64,000 nucleotides of DNA. Origin: an uncultured delta proteobacterium. GTDB taxonomy: Bacteria; Myxococcota_A; Polyangia; Polyangiales; Polyangiaceae. The DNA lies in contig CAWJCS010000003.1 in assembly GCA_963841435.1 (NCBI GenBank), positions 544,001 through 608,000 of the forward strand. The letters are read 5' to 3'. Position numbers and translations under genes: made by a program. The notes under the pieces were generated by a model. That model made no database searches. It saw nothing but the letters and a program-made list of their open reading frames with translations, and was not told where the DNA came from. Shown here one piece after another: positions 1 through 10,875 of this stretch; the first letter of the stretch is position 1; each line of letters opens with the position of its first letter.

Positions 1-13
1 GGCACGAACGCCC

Positions 14-904
14 ATGAGCCACCGGAACGTCTCGGGCATCGCGCTCGCGTTTGCCACCCTAGTTCAATCTTTTCCACTGTTTGCAGCCACCGAACCGGGG
101 CCGCTCGCCGAGGCGGTCACCGAGACCCGAGCCCCCGCGAGCCTACCGCCCGACGAGCCACGCGGCGACGCGAGCGCCCAAGCGGCGCCCCAGGCCGAGC
201 CCGCACCGAGCGTGCCCGCCGAGCCCTCGAGCGTCGCGGAGCCACCCGCATCGGGCCTTGAATATAGCTCGCGTCCGGCGCTGCCGACGCCCGTGAGTGT
301 CGAGCCGGCGCCCGTGACAGGGCCGGCATACGACGGACCACAGCTGCTCATCTCCAAGCACAAAACGACGGTCGGTGCGTATGCCGGCATCGGCACCGCA
401 TACACGCACATGCTGCATCGCGACGGCGTCGTCGCGAACCTCGAGGCGGCCCTGCTCATCGAGCATCGCTTGAGCATCGGGCTCGGTGGCTACGTCTTCT
501 CGCGCACGCCGCGCGGTCCCGCCGGGCCCGACGGCGAGCCGCGTGAGTTCGGGGCCACCTACGGCGGGCTTTCGCTGCGCTACGCGCTCTACGCGAGAAA
601 CTTCCCGGTCTACGCCTCGCTCGGCGTGCTGCTCGGCGGCGGGGCCGTAGCGCTCGTCGACGAACGCTACACCCACGGAGGCTACGACGACACTCAGCAC
701 GACGACCACTGGGACAACGGCAGCGTCGAACCGTTTCTGGTTCTGCAGCCCGAGCTCTTCCTGCACGCCAACGTGACGCGCTGGATGCGGTTCGGCGTCG
801 GCGGTGGCTATCGATTCGCGAGCGCCATCGAGCGATATGATCTTGCGTCCAAGCATCTCGGCGGCGCGGTCGCAGGCGCGAACGTTCAGTTCGGCTGGCT
901 CTGA
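14..904 (+). CDS. Secreted hypothetical protein, probable outer-membrane beta-barrel with Pro/Ala-rich N-terminal linker
   Basis: Signal-peptide-like N-terminus, PEA-rich linker, alternating Gly/aromatic beta-strands, C-terminal QFGWL. Confidence 0.6.
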   Translation: MSHRNVSGIALAFATLVQSFPLFAATEPGPLAEAVTETRAPASLPPDEPRGDASAQAAPQAEPAPSVPAEPSSVAEPPASGLEYSSRPALPTPVSVEPAPVTGPAYDGPQLLISKHKTTVGAYAGIGTAYTHMLHRDGVVANLEAALLIEHRLSIGLGGYVFSRTPRGPAGPDGEPREFGATYGGLSLRYALYARNFPVYASLGVLLGGGAVALVDERYTHGGYDDTQHDDHWDNGSVEPFLVLQPELFLHANVTRWMRFGVGGGYRFASAIERYDLASKHLGGAVAGANVQFGWL

Positions 905-3115
905 CGCCGAGCCCGAACGGCCCGAACCAGGCGCTCGAAGCTCGGTCCGCCCCACAGCGCGACGGCGGCGACACCGAGAGCACCGAGCACGAGGTAGAGC
1001 GCGTATCCCGGCAGCAAGCTCGCCGTCGCCGTCACGCGGTGTCGGCCGGCGGGGATCCGCAGCGCGGGATAGCCCGGGGACACCCGCGTGAGCGTCGCGA
1101 CGGGAGCCCCGTTCAACCTCGACCCGCCAAGTCGGAAACCAGGTGACGCGCAGCACGACATCGACGGGCGTGCTCGTAACGACTGTCGCCTCGAGCAAGC
1201 CGGGCTCGAGCGCCCGGCTCGTGATGCGCGCCGAGCGGGCGTCGCAGTTGCCCGCCCGAACAGCGGTCGCGCGAATCGCTCCGGCGCCGTGCTCGAGGGC
1301 AACGAGGCGCGCCGGATCGAGGAGCCGGTCGGCGCCTTCGGGCGTTCGAAGCGCTTCGGCGAGGCGCGCGCGAAGCTCGGCTTCGCCGGCCTGCCAGCGC
1401 TCGGTCACGCAGCCCGCGCCCACGAGATCGGTCGGCGCCCGGCTCGAAAGGAGCGCGACGGCGCCGTTCTGTTCTCGAACCATGAAGCCGTCGGGGACCG
1501 TGTCGCGGCCGCCCACGAGCAGGTAGCGAACCCCCAGCGCCTCGGCACGGTCGACCGAGCGGGCGCGCGCCGGCTCCAGCCGCTGCGCGGCGAGCCACAG
1601 AATGCCGAGGTGCGAGCCGACGGCCGTCGTCGTGCCAATCGGCACGCCGCTCGCGAGCGTCAACCCGTCGCGCTCGACGCACACGCCGAGGGGTGAGGCC
1701 TCGCTCTCGTCGAACCACAGGCGCCCACCGCGCAGCGTTCCGAGCCAGCGGCGCAGGCGCTCGGGGTCGTAGCCGGGCGGTGGATCGGCGCAGGCCGAGC
1801 CGCTTCGGTCGAGCATCGCGGCCGGGTCCTCGAGGTAACGAAGGCGGCCGGGCAGCGCGAAGCACGAAAGCGCGCCGAGCAGCAGCGCCACCACGAGCGG
1901 CGCGCGCGGGGCGAGCCACTTCGGCCCGGCGCGCGAGAGGAGCGCCCCGACGAGCGGCGCCGCCTCCTCGGCGGCAACGGCGACGACGGCGGCCGCGAGC
2001 GGCGGCAGCAACGCGAGCGCTCGCAGGGGCTGAAAGACCGAAAGCAACGCGTGGCCGAGCGCGCCCGAAGCGGAAAGCAGCGGCCCGCTCGCGCCGAGCA
2101 GCACGGCGGCCGCGCTCGCACCGACGAGCGCGCGCGAAGGCGGCGACCGATACCCGAGCGCGAGCACGACGAGCGAGGCGCCCGCGAGTGCCGTGAGCAC
2201 TGGAACGTCCGAGCGATAGTCGAAGAGGTCGCCGTCCAAGAACCACCAGCCGAGACGCGAGGTGCCGAAGCCCAGCTGCCGCCAGCCGAACCCCGGAGGC
2301 CAACCGAACGGGACGTCGAGCGCGACGATGCCTTGGCCGTAGAGGGCGAGCGCCGTGGCGACGGCGCTGAGGCCGGCTCGAGCGAAACGTTTCAGAGCCG
2401 AGGCTCGGCCGCTCGCGAGCGCTCCCGTCCCCGTGACGGCGAGCGCGCACGCCGCGAGCTCGGGGTGCGCGGCCACGCTCAGCGCGGCGAGCACGGCCGA
2501 GGCCACGTTGCCGCCCGTGGCCACGGCACCGGCAAGCGCAATGACGAGGGGAAGCGCCACGACCTGCGAGACGAGACCCGAGGTGAAGAACGCGTCGTAC
2601 CCGCCGACGAAGGGGTTGTACGGATTGACCCACGAGAGCACCAGACCCCCGAGCGCGGCGAGCTCCGGCCGCCCCCCGGCTCGCACGAGCACGGCGTAGA
2701 GCGTGAGCGGAGCCGCGAGCGTCGCCACGAGCCCGAGCAGCAGCGTAGCGAGAGCGGGCTCGACGCCGAGGCGCATCGGTGCCGCCAGCAGCAGCCAGCC
2801 GAGCGGCGGGTACTGATGGGCGAAGGGAAAGCCGCCGAGATAGGTGTCGAGCCAGCCGTGCGGCAAACCGCGCCGTGCCATGTCGAGCGCCACGCGGGCG
2901 TGCGAGGTCGCATCGCCGAAAAACACGCGCGACGCTCCCCGCGAGAACGGCGAGACCCGGACGAGGGGAAACGCCGCGACCAGCACCGTCGCTGCACCGA
3001 GGCCGATCGCGCGCGCACTGCGTCGTCCGAGCCAGGCAGGGGGCGCCTCGCCACCCACCCGCCGGACGAGGAGCGCCCCGCTCAAGATCGCGACGAGCAA
3101 GAGCCCGAAGAGCAA
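886..3115 (-). CDS. Polytopic membrane protein, PTPS-related/YfhO-like (GT-C fold glycosyltransferase candidate); +1 frameshift near 1115
   Basis: GDATSH...GWLDTYLGGFPFAHQYPPL N-terminal motif and many TM helices in ORF 143..3250; C-terminus VLRVTWFPTWRVEV continues as NGAPV...RIPAGRHRV plus a last TM in ORF 886..1302. Start uncertain (TTG 3115 or ATG 3226). Confidence 0.65.
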
Positions 3116-3232
3116 GCGACGAAGGTAGCAAAGCGGCGGGGGCCCCCGGGCGGGTCCCCACTCAAATTCGGGCGAAACCGAGGGCCGGAACGGCGGTTGA
3201 GCCTTTCGCGCCGGGTCGGGGTTCATCCATCC

Positions 3233-5152
3233 GTGGCAGGCAGGTTCCACTCGCTATCGGTGGTTCTGGGCATTTGTGCCCTCGGCTGCACGGCGCAGGT
3301 GTCCCGTGAGGGCGAACAGCCTACGGGCGCGGGGGCGGCGAGCGGCTCGGGGGCCACCACCGGCAGCGGCGGGTCCGCCATGGGCAGCGGGGGCTCGGGC
3401 GCGTCCTCGGGAAGCTCCGGCAGCGCGGGAACGAGCGGGCAAAGCTCGAGCGGCGGCTCGAGCTCGGGGTCCGGGGGCTCGAGCGCCGGCAACCCTCCCG
3501 TCGGGCCGACTTCGTTCGCGTGCGATGCCGCCGCCGTGCCGGACAGCCCGGCGATGCGACGCCTCACGCACGCGCAGTACGAAAACACCCTGACGGATCT
3601 GCTCGCGTTCGCGCTCGGTAGCCGGAGCGACGCGCTCGCCGTGACGAGCGCCGTCGCGTCCGACCTCGAGACGCTGCCCAACGAAGAGCGCCCGAAGATT
3701 GCGGAGGACCTGCGCGGCACCTACCGGCGTCTCGATCAGGGCCTCGCGCAGGGCCACATCGACAGCTGGTACGCCATCGGAGTGCGCGTCGGCGCCGAGC
3801 TCACGACGCCCGCGCGGCTCGAGACGGTCGTCGGCAGCTGCGCGACGGACGGCTCACCGGCGGCGGCGTGCGTCGACGCCTTCATCGACCGCTTCGCGGC
3901 GCGTGCGTTCCGCCGGCCGCTCGACGACGCCGATCGCGCGCTGTTGCGCGGCTTTTACGGCGATACGAACAGCATCGATCCGCTCGGCTTCGCCGATCTG
4001 ATCGGCGGCATCCTCAACGCCCCCGACACGCTCTACCTCATCGAGAGCGGCGCTAACGCGGTCCCGGGTGCGGCCGGCGTGGTCGAGCTCGACCCCTTCG
4101 AAACGGCCTCGCGACTCTCGTACCACTTCTGGGACACCCTTCCCGACGACGAGCTCTGGCAAACGGCCGAGGACCAAAGCCTGCTCGACGACGCCGTCTA
4201 CTCGCGCGAGGTCGATCGACTGATCGCGGACCCGCGCGCCAAGAGCTCGCTCCGCAACTTCTACCGCGAGTGGCTCAAGCTCGAGGATCTGCCCCCGCTC
4301 GACCAGGCCAACGGCGTGCCGAACTACGACGCGTTCACGGGAGACGACCAGCCGAGCAGCATGCTCACGACGAACGTCACGGGCGAGGTGCTCGACCTGC
4401 TCGACTACTTCAGCTGGAGCGAGCCCTCGGGCCTCGACACCGTGCTCACGACCGAGCTCCTGCTCCCCAAGACCGACGATCTTGCGAAGCTCTACGGCGT
4501 GTCGCGGAGCAGCAACCCCGTCGCGGCCCCGAACGACGACCGGCCCGGCCTCTTCACGCGCGTGGCCTTCCTCGCCACGGGCAGCTCGAAGACCAGGCCC
4601 ATCAAGAAGGGCGTCTTTTTACGGGAAAATATCCTGTGCGACGAGATCCCACCGCCGCCCGCAGGCGCGTCCTCGAACCTGCCGGAGCTGCCGCCGACGC
4701 TTTCGACGCGCGAGGTCGTCGAAACGCTCACCGCGTCGGGCACGTGCGCCGGCTGCCACGCGCAAGCGATCAACCCGCTCGGCTTCCCCACCGAGTCGTA
4801 CGACGCGCTCGGACGCTTCCGCACCGAGGAGATGCTGTTCGACGCCGACGGCAACCTGATCGGCACCGCGCCCGTCGACACGACGAGCGTCCCCCAGATC
4901 GTCGAAGGTGACCCCACCGAGGTCGCGAACGCGGCGGAGCTCATGAGCCTCGTGGTGGCGAGCGGCAAGGCGAGTGCCTGTCTCGCACGTCACTACTTCC
5001 GCTACTCGTTCGGACGCTGGGAGAACGTCGCGAAGGACGGCTGCGCGCTCGAAGCGCTGCGCTCGGCGCTCGTCGATTCGGACTCGCTCACGGCGATGGT
5101 GCGCGCCGTTGCGTTCGCGCCCGATTTCCGGCATCGCACGATCGTGGAGTAA
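3233..5152 (+). CDS. DUF1592-family lipoprotein (DUF1587/1595/1592/1588 architecture) with CxxCH heme-c motif
   Basis: Lipobox ALGC, Gly/Ser linker, MRRLTHAQYENTL, FAARAFRRPL, ASRLSYHFWDTLPDDEL, RPIKKG, CAGCH...INPLGF. Confidence 0.85.
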   Translation: MAGRFHSLSVVLGICALGCTAQVSREGEQPTGAGAASGSGATTGSGGSAMGSGGSGASSGSSGSAGTSGQSSSGGSSSGSGGSSAGNPPVGPTSFACDAAAVPDSPAMRRLTHAQYENTLTDLLAFALGSRSDALAVTSAVASDLETLPNEERPKIAEDLRGTYRRLDQGLAQGHIDSWYAIGVRVGAELTTPARLETVVGSCATDGSPAAACVDAFIDRFAARAFRRPLDDADRALLRGFYGDTNSIDPLGFADLIGGILNAPDTLYLIESGANAVPGAAGVVELDPFETASRLSYHFWDTLPDDELWQTAEDQSLLDDAVYSREVDRLIADPRAKSSLRNFYREWLKLEDLPPLDQANGVPNYDAFTGDDQPSSMLTTNVTGEVLDLLDYFSWSEPSGLDTVLTTELLLPKTDDLAKLYGVSRSSNPVAAPNDDRPGLFTRVAFLATGSSKTRPIKKGVFLRENILCDEIPPPPAGASSNLPELPPTLSTREVVETLTASGTCAGCHAQAINPLGFPTESYDALGRFRTEEMLFDADGNLIGTAPVDTTSVPQIVEGDPTEVANAAELMSLVVASGKASACLARHYFRYSFGRWENVAKDGCALEALRSALVDSDSLTAMVRAVAFAPDFRHRTIVE

Positions 5153-5154
5153 AG

Positions 5155-6706
5155 ATGAAGCGGCGGCTCGTCACCCGAAGGCAAGTTTTGATCGGCACCG
5201 GTGGCTTCACGCTCGGGCTGCCGTTTTTGCCGTCGCTCCTAGCGGGCCCGGCCTACGCGCAGCAGGCGACGTTCATCCGCCAGCCGCGCTTCTTCACCCT
5301 GGCAACGCAACACGGCGGCGTGAAGGAAAGCGCGATGTTCCCCGACGACGCCGTGCTCACGGCGTCGGAGGACATCTACGCCGGCCACACCATCCGCCAC
5401 GGCGCGCTCGTGCGCACGGCCTCGGGCGGTCGCGCGTCCGTCGCGGGCATCCTGAGCGGCGCCGACGACGTGCTCACCGACGCGCTCGTCGCGAAGATGA
5501 ACGTGCTCCGCGGCATCGACATCCCCTTTTACATTGCGCACCACACGGGCGGCTACCTCGGCAACGAGTCGCGCAACGACGCCAACGCGGGCGACCTCGG
5601 CATGCCACCCATGCCGACCATCGATCAGCTCATGGCGTGGTCGCCGAGCTTTTACCAGAATCTCGACAGCGTGAAGATGCGCTCCGTCATCACGGGCTCG
5701 CGCGGGCGCATCTCGTACATGTGGTCGAACGCCTCGGAGCGCACGGGCTCGATCGACGAGGTCCGGCGCAGCGACAATGCCAAGGATCTCTTCAACGCGG
5801 TGTTCGTGCCCGACGACCCGACGGAGCCGACGGCGCCGCCCAGGCCGCTGATCGTCGACCGCGTGATCGAGAGCTACCGGAGCCTGCGCCAGTCGAACCG
5901 CCGTCTCGGCGCCGCGGATCGGCAGCGCCTCGACGATCACCTCGACCGCCTCGCCGAGCTCCAGCGCCGGCTCAACGCCAAGCCCGTGCAGAGCGCGTCG
6001 TGCGGCGCGCTCAGCGAGCCCACGAGCGGCAGCGACTACCGGTCGCAGATGGTCGCACTCGTCGATGTCGTCGTCGCGGCGTTCCTCTGTGGCACGAGCC
6101 GCATCAGCGTCATGGGCCTCGACGAGTCGCGCTTCGTCGCGGACAACGCCGACTGGCACCAGAGCGTCGCGCACCAGTACTTCACCGACGCCGCGCAGGC
6201 GAAGCTCCAGGAAGCGAACCAGAAATCCTTCGAGTATCTGTTCCTGGACCTCGCGAAGAAGCTCGAACGTCGAGGAGGCGCCCGGCGTGACCGTGCTCGA
6301 CGATTCGCTCCTGATGTGGAGCCAGGAGAGCGGCTCCGAGACGCACCAGTCGCGCTGCATTCCGATCGTCACGTTCGGCGCCGCCGCGGGCAAGCTCAAG
6401 ACCGGCAACTACATCGACTACCGGAACCAGAGCAGCCGCGCCATCGTCAACTTCTGGGGCGACGACCTCGGCCCCACGGGGCTACTCTACGCGCAGTGGC
6501 TCGCGACGATCCTGCGGGCGATGGGCGTTCCCCAGAGCGAATGGCAAGACGTGCCGGGCAACGCGACGACGGGCTACGGTTTCAGCACGAAGTGGGTCAC
6601 CGGCGTCGAGCCGAGCCCAGGCGATGCGCTCGGCACGTACGATCGCACGTACGTCGCCGGCGTCACCGAGAACGCGAGCGAGTACCTGCCGCTGCTCGAG
6701 GCGTGA
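5155..6706 (+). CDS. DUF1552-family Tat-exported protein; +1 frameshift near 6266
   Basis: TRRQVL..LGLPFLPSL Tat-like signal, DRQRLDDHLDRL, WHQSVAH, then other frame TVLDDSLLMWSQESG..H...P; starts 2 nt after the DUF1592 gene. Confidence 0.8.
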
Positions 6707-7599
6707 CGCGGCGCGCGCGCGCGTGCTTCGCGGCTCTATTCGCCCTCGTCGGTTGCGGGTCGGAACGTGCCGCGCCACTCGAGCCGTGCGGAGGCGCGTG
6801 CCTGTCGCGCGAGGAGGCGACCTGGCCCATGCCGAACCCGGGGACCTTGCCGCTGCCGAACCCCGCGCGTGTCGAGGTTTCGAGTGCCACGGCGCGCGAC
6901 GCAGTGACGGGCCTGGTGTGGGCACGCGAAAATGGCGAGCTCGTCACGGCGAGCGATGCCGACGCCGCGTGCGAGACGCTCACCCTCGAGGGTGAAGACG
7001 ACTATCGGCTACCCACGCGTATCGAGCTCGTCTCGCTGCTCGATCGCACGGTGCGCCCGACGCTCGACGGCGTGGCGTTTCCGGGCACGCCTCTCGACTA
7101 CTTCTGGACGAGCTCGAGCGTGCCCGGCATCCCGGGGGCGCGCTACAGCGTGTACTTCGGCGCGGGCGAAACGTCATCGGGCAGCGAGGACGCTCCGAGC
7201 GCCTACGCGCGCTGCGTGCGCGGTGGCTCGCGACGCGGAGCGCCACGCTTTCGCAACGACGCGACGAGCGTCCTGGATCTCGGTACGGGTCTCGAGTGGC
7301 AGCGGGCCGCTTCCGAAAGCGCGCTCTCGCTCGCGGCGGCTCGGGCGCTCTGCACCGGGCTCGAGCCCGGCGAAAATCCGTTCCGCTTGCCGAGCGACAA
7401 GGAGCTCGAAACGCTCGTCGACACGACGACCGGCGGAGGGCCCCCGCTCATCGATGCGGCGGCGTTTCCCGAGACACCACCGACGACGTTCTGGACGCTC
7501 GTCGTCGACCCCATCCCGCCGCTCGTCGTTGATTTTGCCACGGGGTTCGCCAGCGTGGCCGACGCGAGCGGCACGCACCGCGTGCGCTGCGTGCGCTAG
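6703..7599 (+). CDS. Lipoprotein with two DUF1566 (Lcl C-terminal) domains
   Basis: GTGA overlap with upstream stop; LVGC lipobox; two copies of D..TGL.W...C..L.....RLP...EL.SL/TL...FP.TP...FWT...RCVR. Confidence 0.8.
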   Translation: MTRRARACFAALFALVGCGSERAAPLEPCGGACLSREEATWPMPNPGTLPLPNPARVEVSSATARDAVTGLVWARENGELVTASDADAACETLTLEGEDDYRLPTRIELVSLLDRTVRPTLDGVAFPGTPLDYFWTSSSVPGIPGARYSVYFGAGETSSGSEDAPSAYARCVRGGSRRGAPRFRNDATSVLDLGTGLEWQRAASESALSLAAARALCTGLEPGENPFRLPSDKELETLVDTTTGGGPPLIDAAAFPETPPTTFWTLVVDPIPPLVVDFATGFASVADASGTHRVRCVR

Positions 7600-7618
7600 G
7601 CGCCGTGGCTCAGGCGCG

Positions 7619-8842
7619 TCACGGCGCGCAGTCCACGAAGTCGACCGTGTACGCGATCTCGGTGCTGATGCCGGACAGTGTGACGCTGTAGCTCTGCCCC
7701 GCCGCGGGGTTCCAGCCGTTCGGCACCATACGGATGCCGTTCGTCGAACCGTAGTTGCCCGTGAGCGCCGAGACGTTGACGGCGACGCTCGAGCCGCCCG
7801 AGGTCACGCTCACCGTCGCCTGTGCGAGCTGGATGCGCTCGCTCTGCACCGACCAGCCCGTGCTGCCGAGGCCACCGCCGCGACCGCCACCGTAAGCCTG
7901 GAGCGGAAACGCGCCGGGCGGCGGCCAGGCGACCCACTCCTTGCCCGCCTTGCCCGTGCCACCGATGTTCTGCATGCACGAGGCGCCGTTCGGCCCCGTC
8001 GAGCCGAGCCCGATCGGGCCGAGCCAGTTCGAGAGAACGATGCGTCGGTGCCCGAAGGTGGTTTCGTTGCCAGTGTCCGTCAGGTAGGCGTTGACGCTCG
8101 AGACGCCCGGCCCACCCGAGATGTTGCTCGTCGACGAGCCCTGCGCACCGAGATCGGTGTAACAGTCCCAGCTCATCGGCGGCTCGTGGGAGAGCCCCGA
8201 CGCGCGCCAGTTCGCGGCCTGCATGAGCGCGCAGGCCTGCGCCATCTCGTTGCGATCCGGCGACGTCTCGACGGCGGGCAGATCGGCGAGCCAGCGGTAG
8301 AGATTGAAGAGACGAAGCGCGTTGTCGCGCCCCTCGGCAGAGATGTCGCCCGGGTCGCACGTGTTGACGCTGCCGGTCCAGGCTCCTTCGCTCATGTTCG
8401 CGCGGTCGGCATTCCAGCGCGCGCACGTCCCCTCGGCGCTGCGATCGGTCGTGACGGGCGCGCCGGCCGAGCCGCTCGCGCCGGCCGCGCCCGAGCCGGA
8501 CGAGGAGCCGGCGAGCCCACCCGTGCCCGCGATCCCGGCCGAACCGCCGGAGCCCGCGCCCGCACCGGCCGCATCGGTCCCGGCTCCGCCGCCGAGTCCG
8601 GCGCTCGGCATGCCGCCGGCACCGGGCGCCGTGCCGCCCGTACCACCAACGTTCAGCGAGCCGGCGGCGGAGCCCGCAGAGCCGGCAGACCCGCCAGAGC
8701 CGCTCGCCATGGTCCCACCGCTCCCCGCGCCGCCGACGCCCCCAGTCGGCGCTGGCAGCTCGCCGGTCGTTTCCGACGAGCACGCCGCCAAAAAGACCAG
8801 GACGAGGGTGGTCCACCCCTTCGAAAGCTGTGGCATGGCCAT
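7619..8842 (-). CDS. CAP/SCP-domain lipoprotein
   Basis: LAAC lipobox, Gly-rich linker, NLYRWLADLPAV, AQACALM, LSHEPP, GHRRIVL. Confidence 0.75.
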   Translation of the reverse strand: MAMPQLSKGWTTLVLVFLAACSSETTGELPAPTGGVGGAGSGGTMASGSGGSAGSAGSAAGSLNVGGTGGTAPGAGGMPSAGLGGGAGTDAAGAGAGSGGSAGIAGTGGLAGSSSGSGAAGASGSAGAPVTTDRSAEGTCARWNADRANMSEGAWTGSVNTCDPGDISAEGRDNALRLFNLYRWLADLPAVETSPDRNEMAQACALMQAANWRASGLSHEPPMSWDCYTDLGAQGSSTSNISGGPGVSSVNAYLTDTGNETTFGHRRIVLSNWLGPIGLGSTGPNGASCMQNIGGTGKAGKEWVAWPPPGAFPLQAYGGGRGGGLGSTGWSVQSERIQLAQATVSVTSGGSSVAVNVSALTGNYGSTNGIRMVPNGWNPAAGQSYSVTLSGISTEIAYTVDFVDCAP

Positions 8843-8862
8843 GGGCTCTTCTTCGGAGTGGC

Positions 8863-10875
8863 ATGCCGCGGCGCGCATCGATCACCTTAGTGTTGCTCGG
8901 CCTCGGCCGGCAGGCGTACGCGGAGCCAGCGGGGGCACGACCCGCGGAGCCCGTCGAGGTCGAAGTTCGGGGTACACCGTCGTCACCTGCCGTCGCCCGC
9001 AAGGACGAGAGCGTCGCCTCGAGTACGCTCGAGCGCGATTGGCTCGAGCCACCGGGGCTCAGCGCGCCCGACGTGCTGCGCACCGCCGTGGGGGTCACGG
9101 TCACGGAGACGGGAGGCCTCGGTGCCGCGTCCACGGCGTCGGTGCGTGGCGCGACCGCGTCGCAGACGCCCGTCTATCTCGCGGGCGTGCGCCTCAACGA
9201 CGACGTCGGCGGAGCGGCGGACCTCGCGATGGTCCCACTATTTTTGATCGACCGCATCGAGGTGTACCGCGGCAACGCGCCGCTCGAGGCCGACCGATTC
9301 GGCATCGGAGGGGCGATCTTCTTCGAGCCGATTCGCCCGCGAGCGCCCCGCGTACGGATCGGCGGGATGGCCGGGAGCTTTGGCAGCCGCGCGGCGTGGG
9401 CCGCAGCCGGGACCCAAAGCAGAGGGACGAGCCTCCTAATCGGCGCGCGCTTCGAGGGGGCCGACAACGATTATCCATTTTACGACGACCGCGGCACGCT
9501 CGAAACCACGGCCGACGATCGCCGCGAGCACCTCCAGAACGCCGACGCCGCGCTCGTCAACCTCTGGCTCGTCGGTCGGCAAACCGTCTCCGAGGGTCGC
9601 ATCGACGTCGTCCTCAATCGGTTCGAGCGCGAAAAGGGCGCCCCGGGGCTCGCCAACGTCGCGACGACCGAGGCCCGAACGAGCGCGAGCCGCACGCTCG
9701 CGGCCGTCTCCGGCTTTGCCCCCTTCGCGGGCGAAGCGTCCCTCGAGGCGCGCACGACCTTCCTCGAGGCGAGCAGCACGCTCACCGATCCACTCTATCG
9801 TCCGTCCATGAATCCCGGCGAGCTCGGCCTCGGCACCGATCGCGTCGAGTCCCGAGGTGACCGGCTCGACGAGGAGCTCGCGCTCACGGTCCCGCTCGGA
9901 GCGGCGAGCTCGCTCCGCGCGCGCGCCGAAGCGAGCCACGAGCGACTGAGGCGCTCCGAGGGTGAGGCGGCGGAGCCGGTGCTCGCCGAGCGGCGTGTCT
10001 CGGCACGCCTGTCCGCGGCGGCGGCGCTCGGCGTGGCCCCGCACCTCTCCGTACGACCGCTCGCGGCGCTCGAATGCCACGCCACGGGCGCCCACGCCGA
10101 CGCGACGTGCGACGTTCTCGAGCCGACTGCACGGCTCGGTGCGCTCGCGACGCTCGGCGAGCTTTCGCTGTTCGGCGGTGTGGGTCGGTACGTGCGCGTG
10201 CCGACGCTCGGCGAGCTCTTTGGCACGTCCGCCGTCGTGCGCGGCCAGCCGAGCTTGCGGAGCGAGGCGGGCGTCACCATCGACCTCGGCGCGCGGTACG
10301 CGACACGGCTGCCCGGGGAAACGCGACCGCTCTACGCGGCGCTCTCGGGCTACCTCAGGAACGCGCGCGATCTCATCACCTTCGTTCGCACCGCGCAGAG
10401 CACGATCGTGCCCATCAACCTCGGACGAGCGAGCGTGCGCGGGCTCGAGCTCGAGGCTGGGACGGGCTTTCTGCGCCATTTCCAGGGCGACCTAGCGCTC
10501 ACGCTCTTCGATGGCCGCGACGAGACCCCCGGGCGCACGCTCTTGAACGCGCGCTTGCCCTACCAGCCGCGCCTCGTCGTCGCCCCCGGCGTACGGGCCG
10601 AAACGCCGTCGCTCGGCACGTTTCCCGTCGAGCGCGCCTCGCTCGGTGGTCGGCTCGTCCACGAATCGAGCCGCTACGCCGACCCCGCCGGCCAGTCGGT
10701 GATCCCGGCTCAAACGACGGTCGACGTCGACGTTGGTGTCGAAGGGCTCGGGCGCTCAGCCATCCTGCGCGCGCGCGTCGGCGATCTCTTCGACGCGCGA
10801 CGCTACGACGTTGTCGGCTTCCCGCTGCCGGGCCGGACCTTCTTCGTGTCGCTCGAGCTCGGCAACGGTCAGTAG
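8863..10875 (+). CDS. TonB-dependent receptor, BtuB-like (probable cobalamin uptake)
   Basis: Signal peptide, plug motifs SVRGA..QTPVYLAGVRLN and IDRIEVYRG, RVPTLGELF, GLELE, C-terminal PLPGRTFF; next to cobalamin-riboswitch operon. Confidence 0.8.
   Translation: MPRRASITLVLLGLGRQAYAEPAGARPAEPVEVEVRGTPSSPAVARKDESVASSTLERDWLEPPGLSAPDVLRTAVGVTVTETGGLGAASTASVRGATASQTPVYLAGVRLNDDVGGAADLAMVPLFLIDRIEVYRGNAPLEADRFGIGGAIFFEPIRPRAPRVRIGGMAGSFGSRAAWAAAGTQSRGTSLLIGARFEGADNDYPFYDDRGTLETTADDRREHLQNADAALVNLWLVGRQTVSEGRIDVVLNRFEREKGAPGLANVATTEARTSASRTLAAVSGFAPFAGEASLEARTTFLEASSTLTDPLYRPSMNPGELGLGTDRVESRGDRLDEELALTVPLGAASSLRARAEASHERLRRSEGEAAEPVLAERRVSARLSAAAALGVAPHLSVRPLAALECHATGAHADATCDVLEPTARLGALATLGELSLFGGVGRYVRVPTLGELFGTSAVVRGQPSLRSEAGVTIDLGARYATRLPGETRPLYAALSGYLRNARDLITFVRTAQSTIVPINLGRASVRGLELEAGTGFLRHFQGDLALTLFDGRDETPGRTLLNARLPYQPRLVVAPGVRAETPSLGTFPVERASLGGRLVHESSRYADPAGQSVIPAQTTVDVDVGVEGLGRSAILRARVGDLFDARRYDVVGFPLPGRTFFVSLELGNGQ

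Noticed and set aside
5155-7599. Apparent 814-aa DUF1552-DUF1566 fusion
   Set aside because: Artefact of the +1 frameshift near 6266; the DUF1566 gene has its own GTG start and lipobox at 6703
6703-7599. DUF1566 as a diversity-generating retroelement target
   Set aside because: No reverse transcriptase and no template repeat seen in the window
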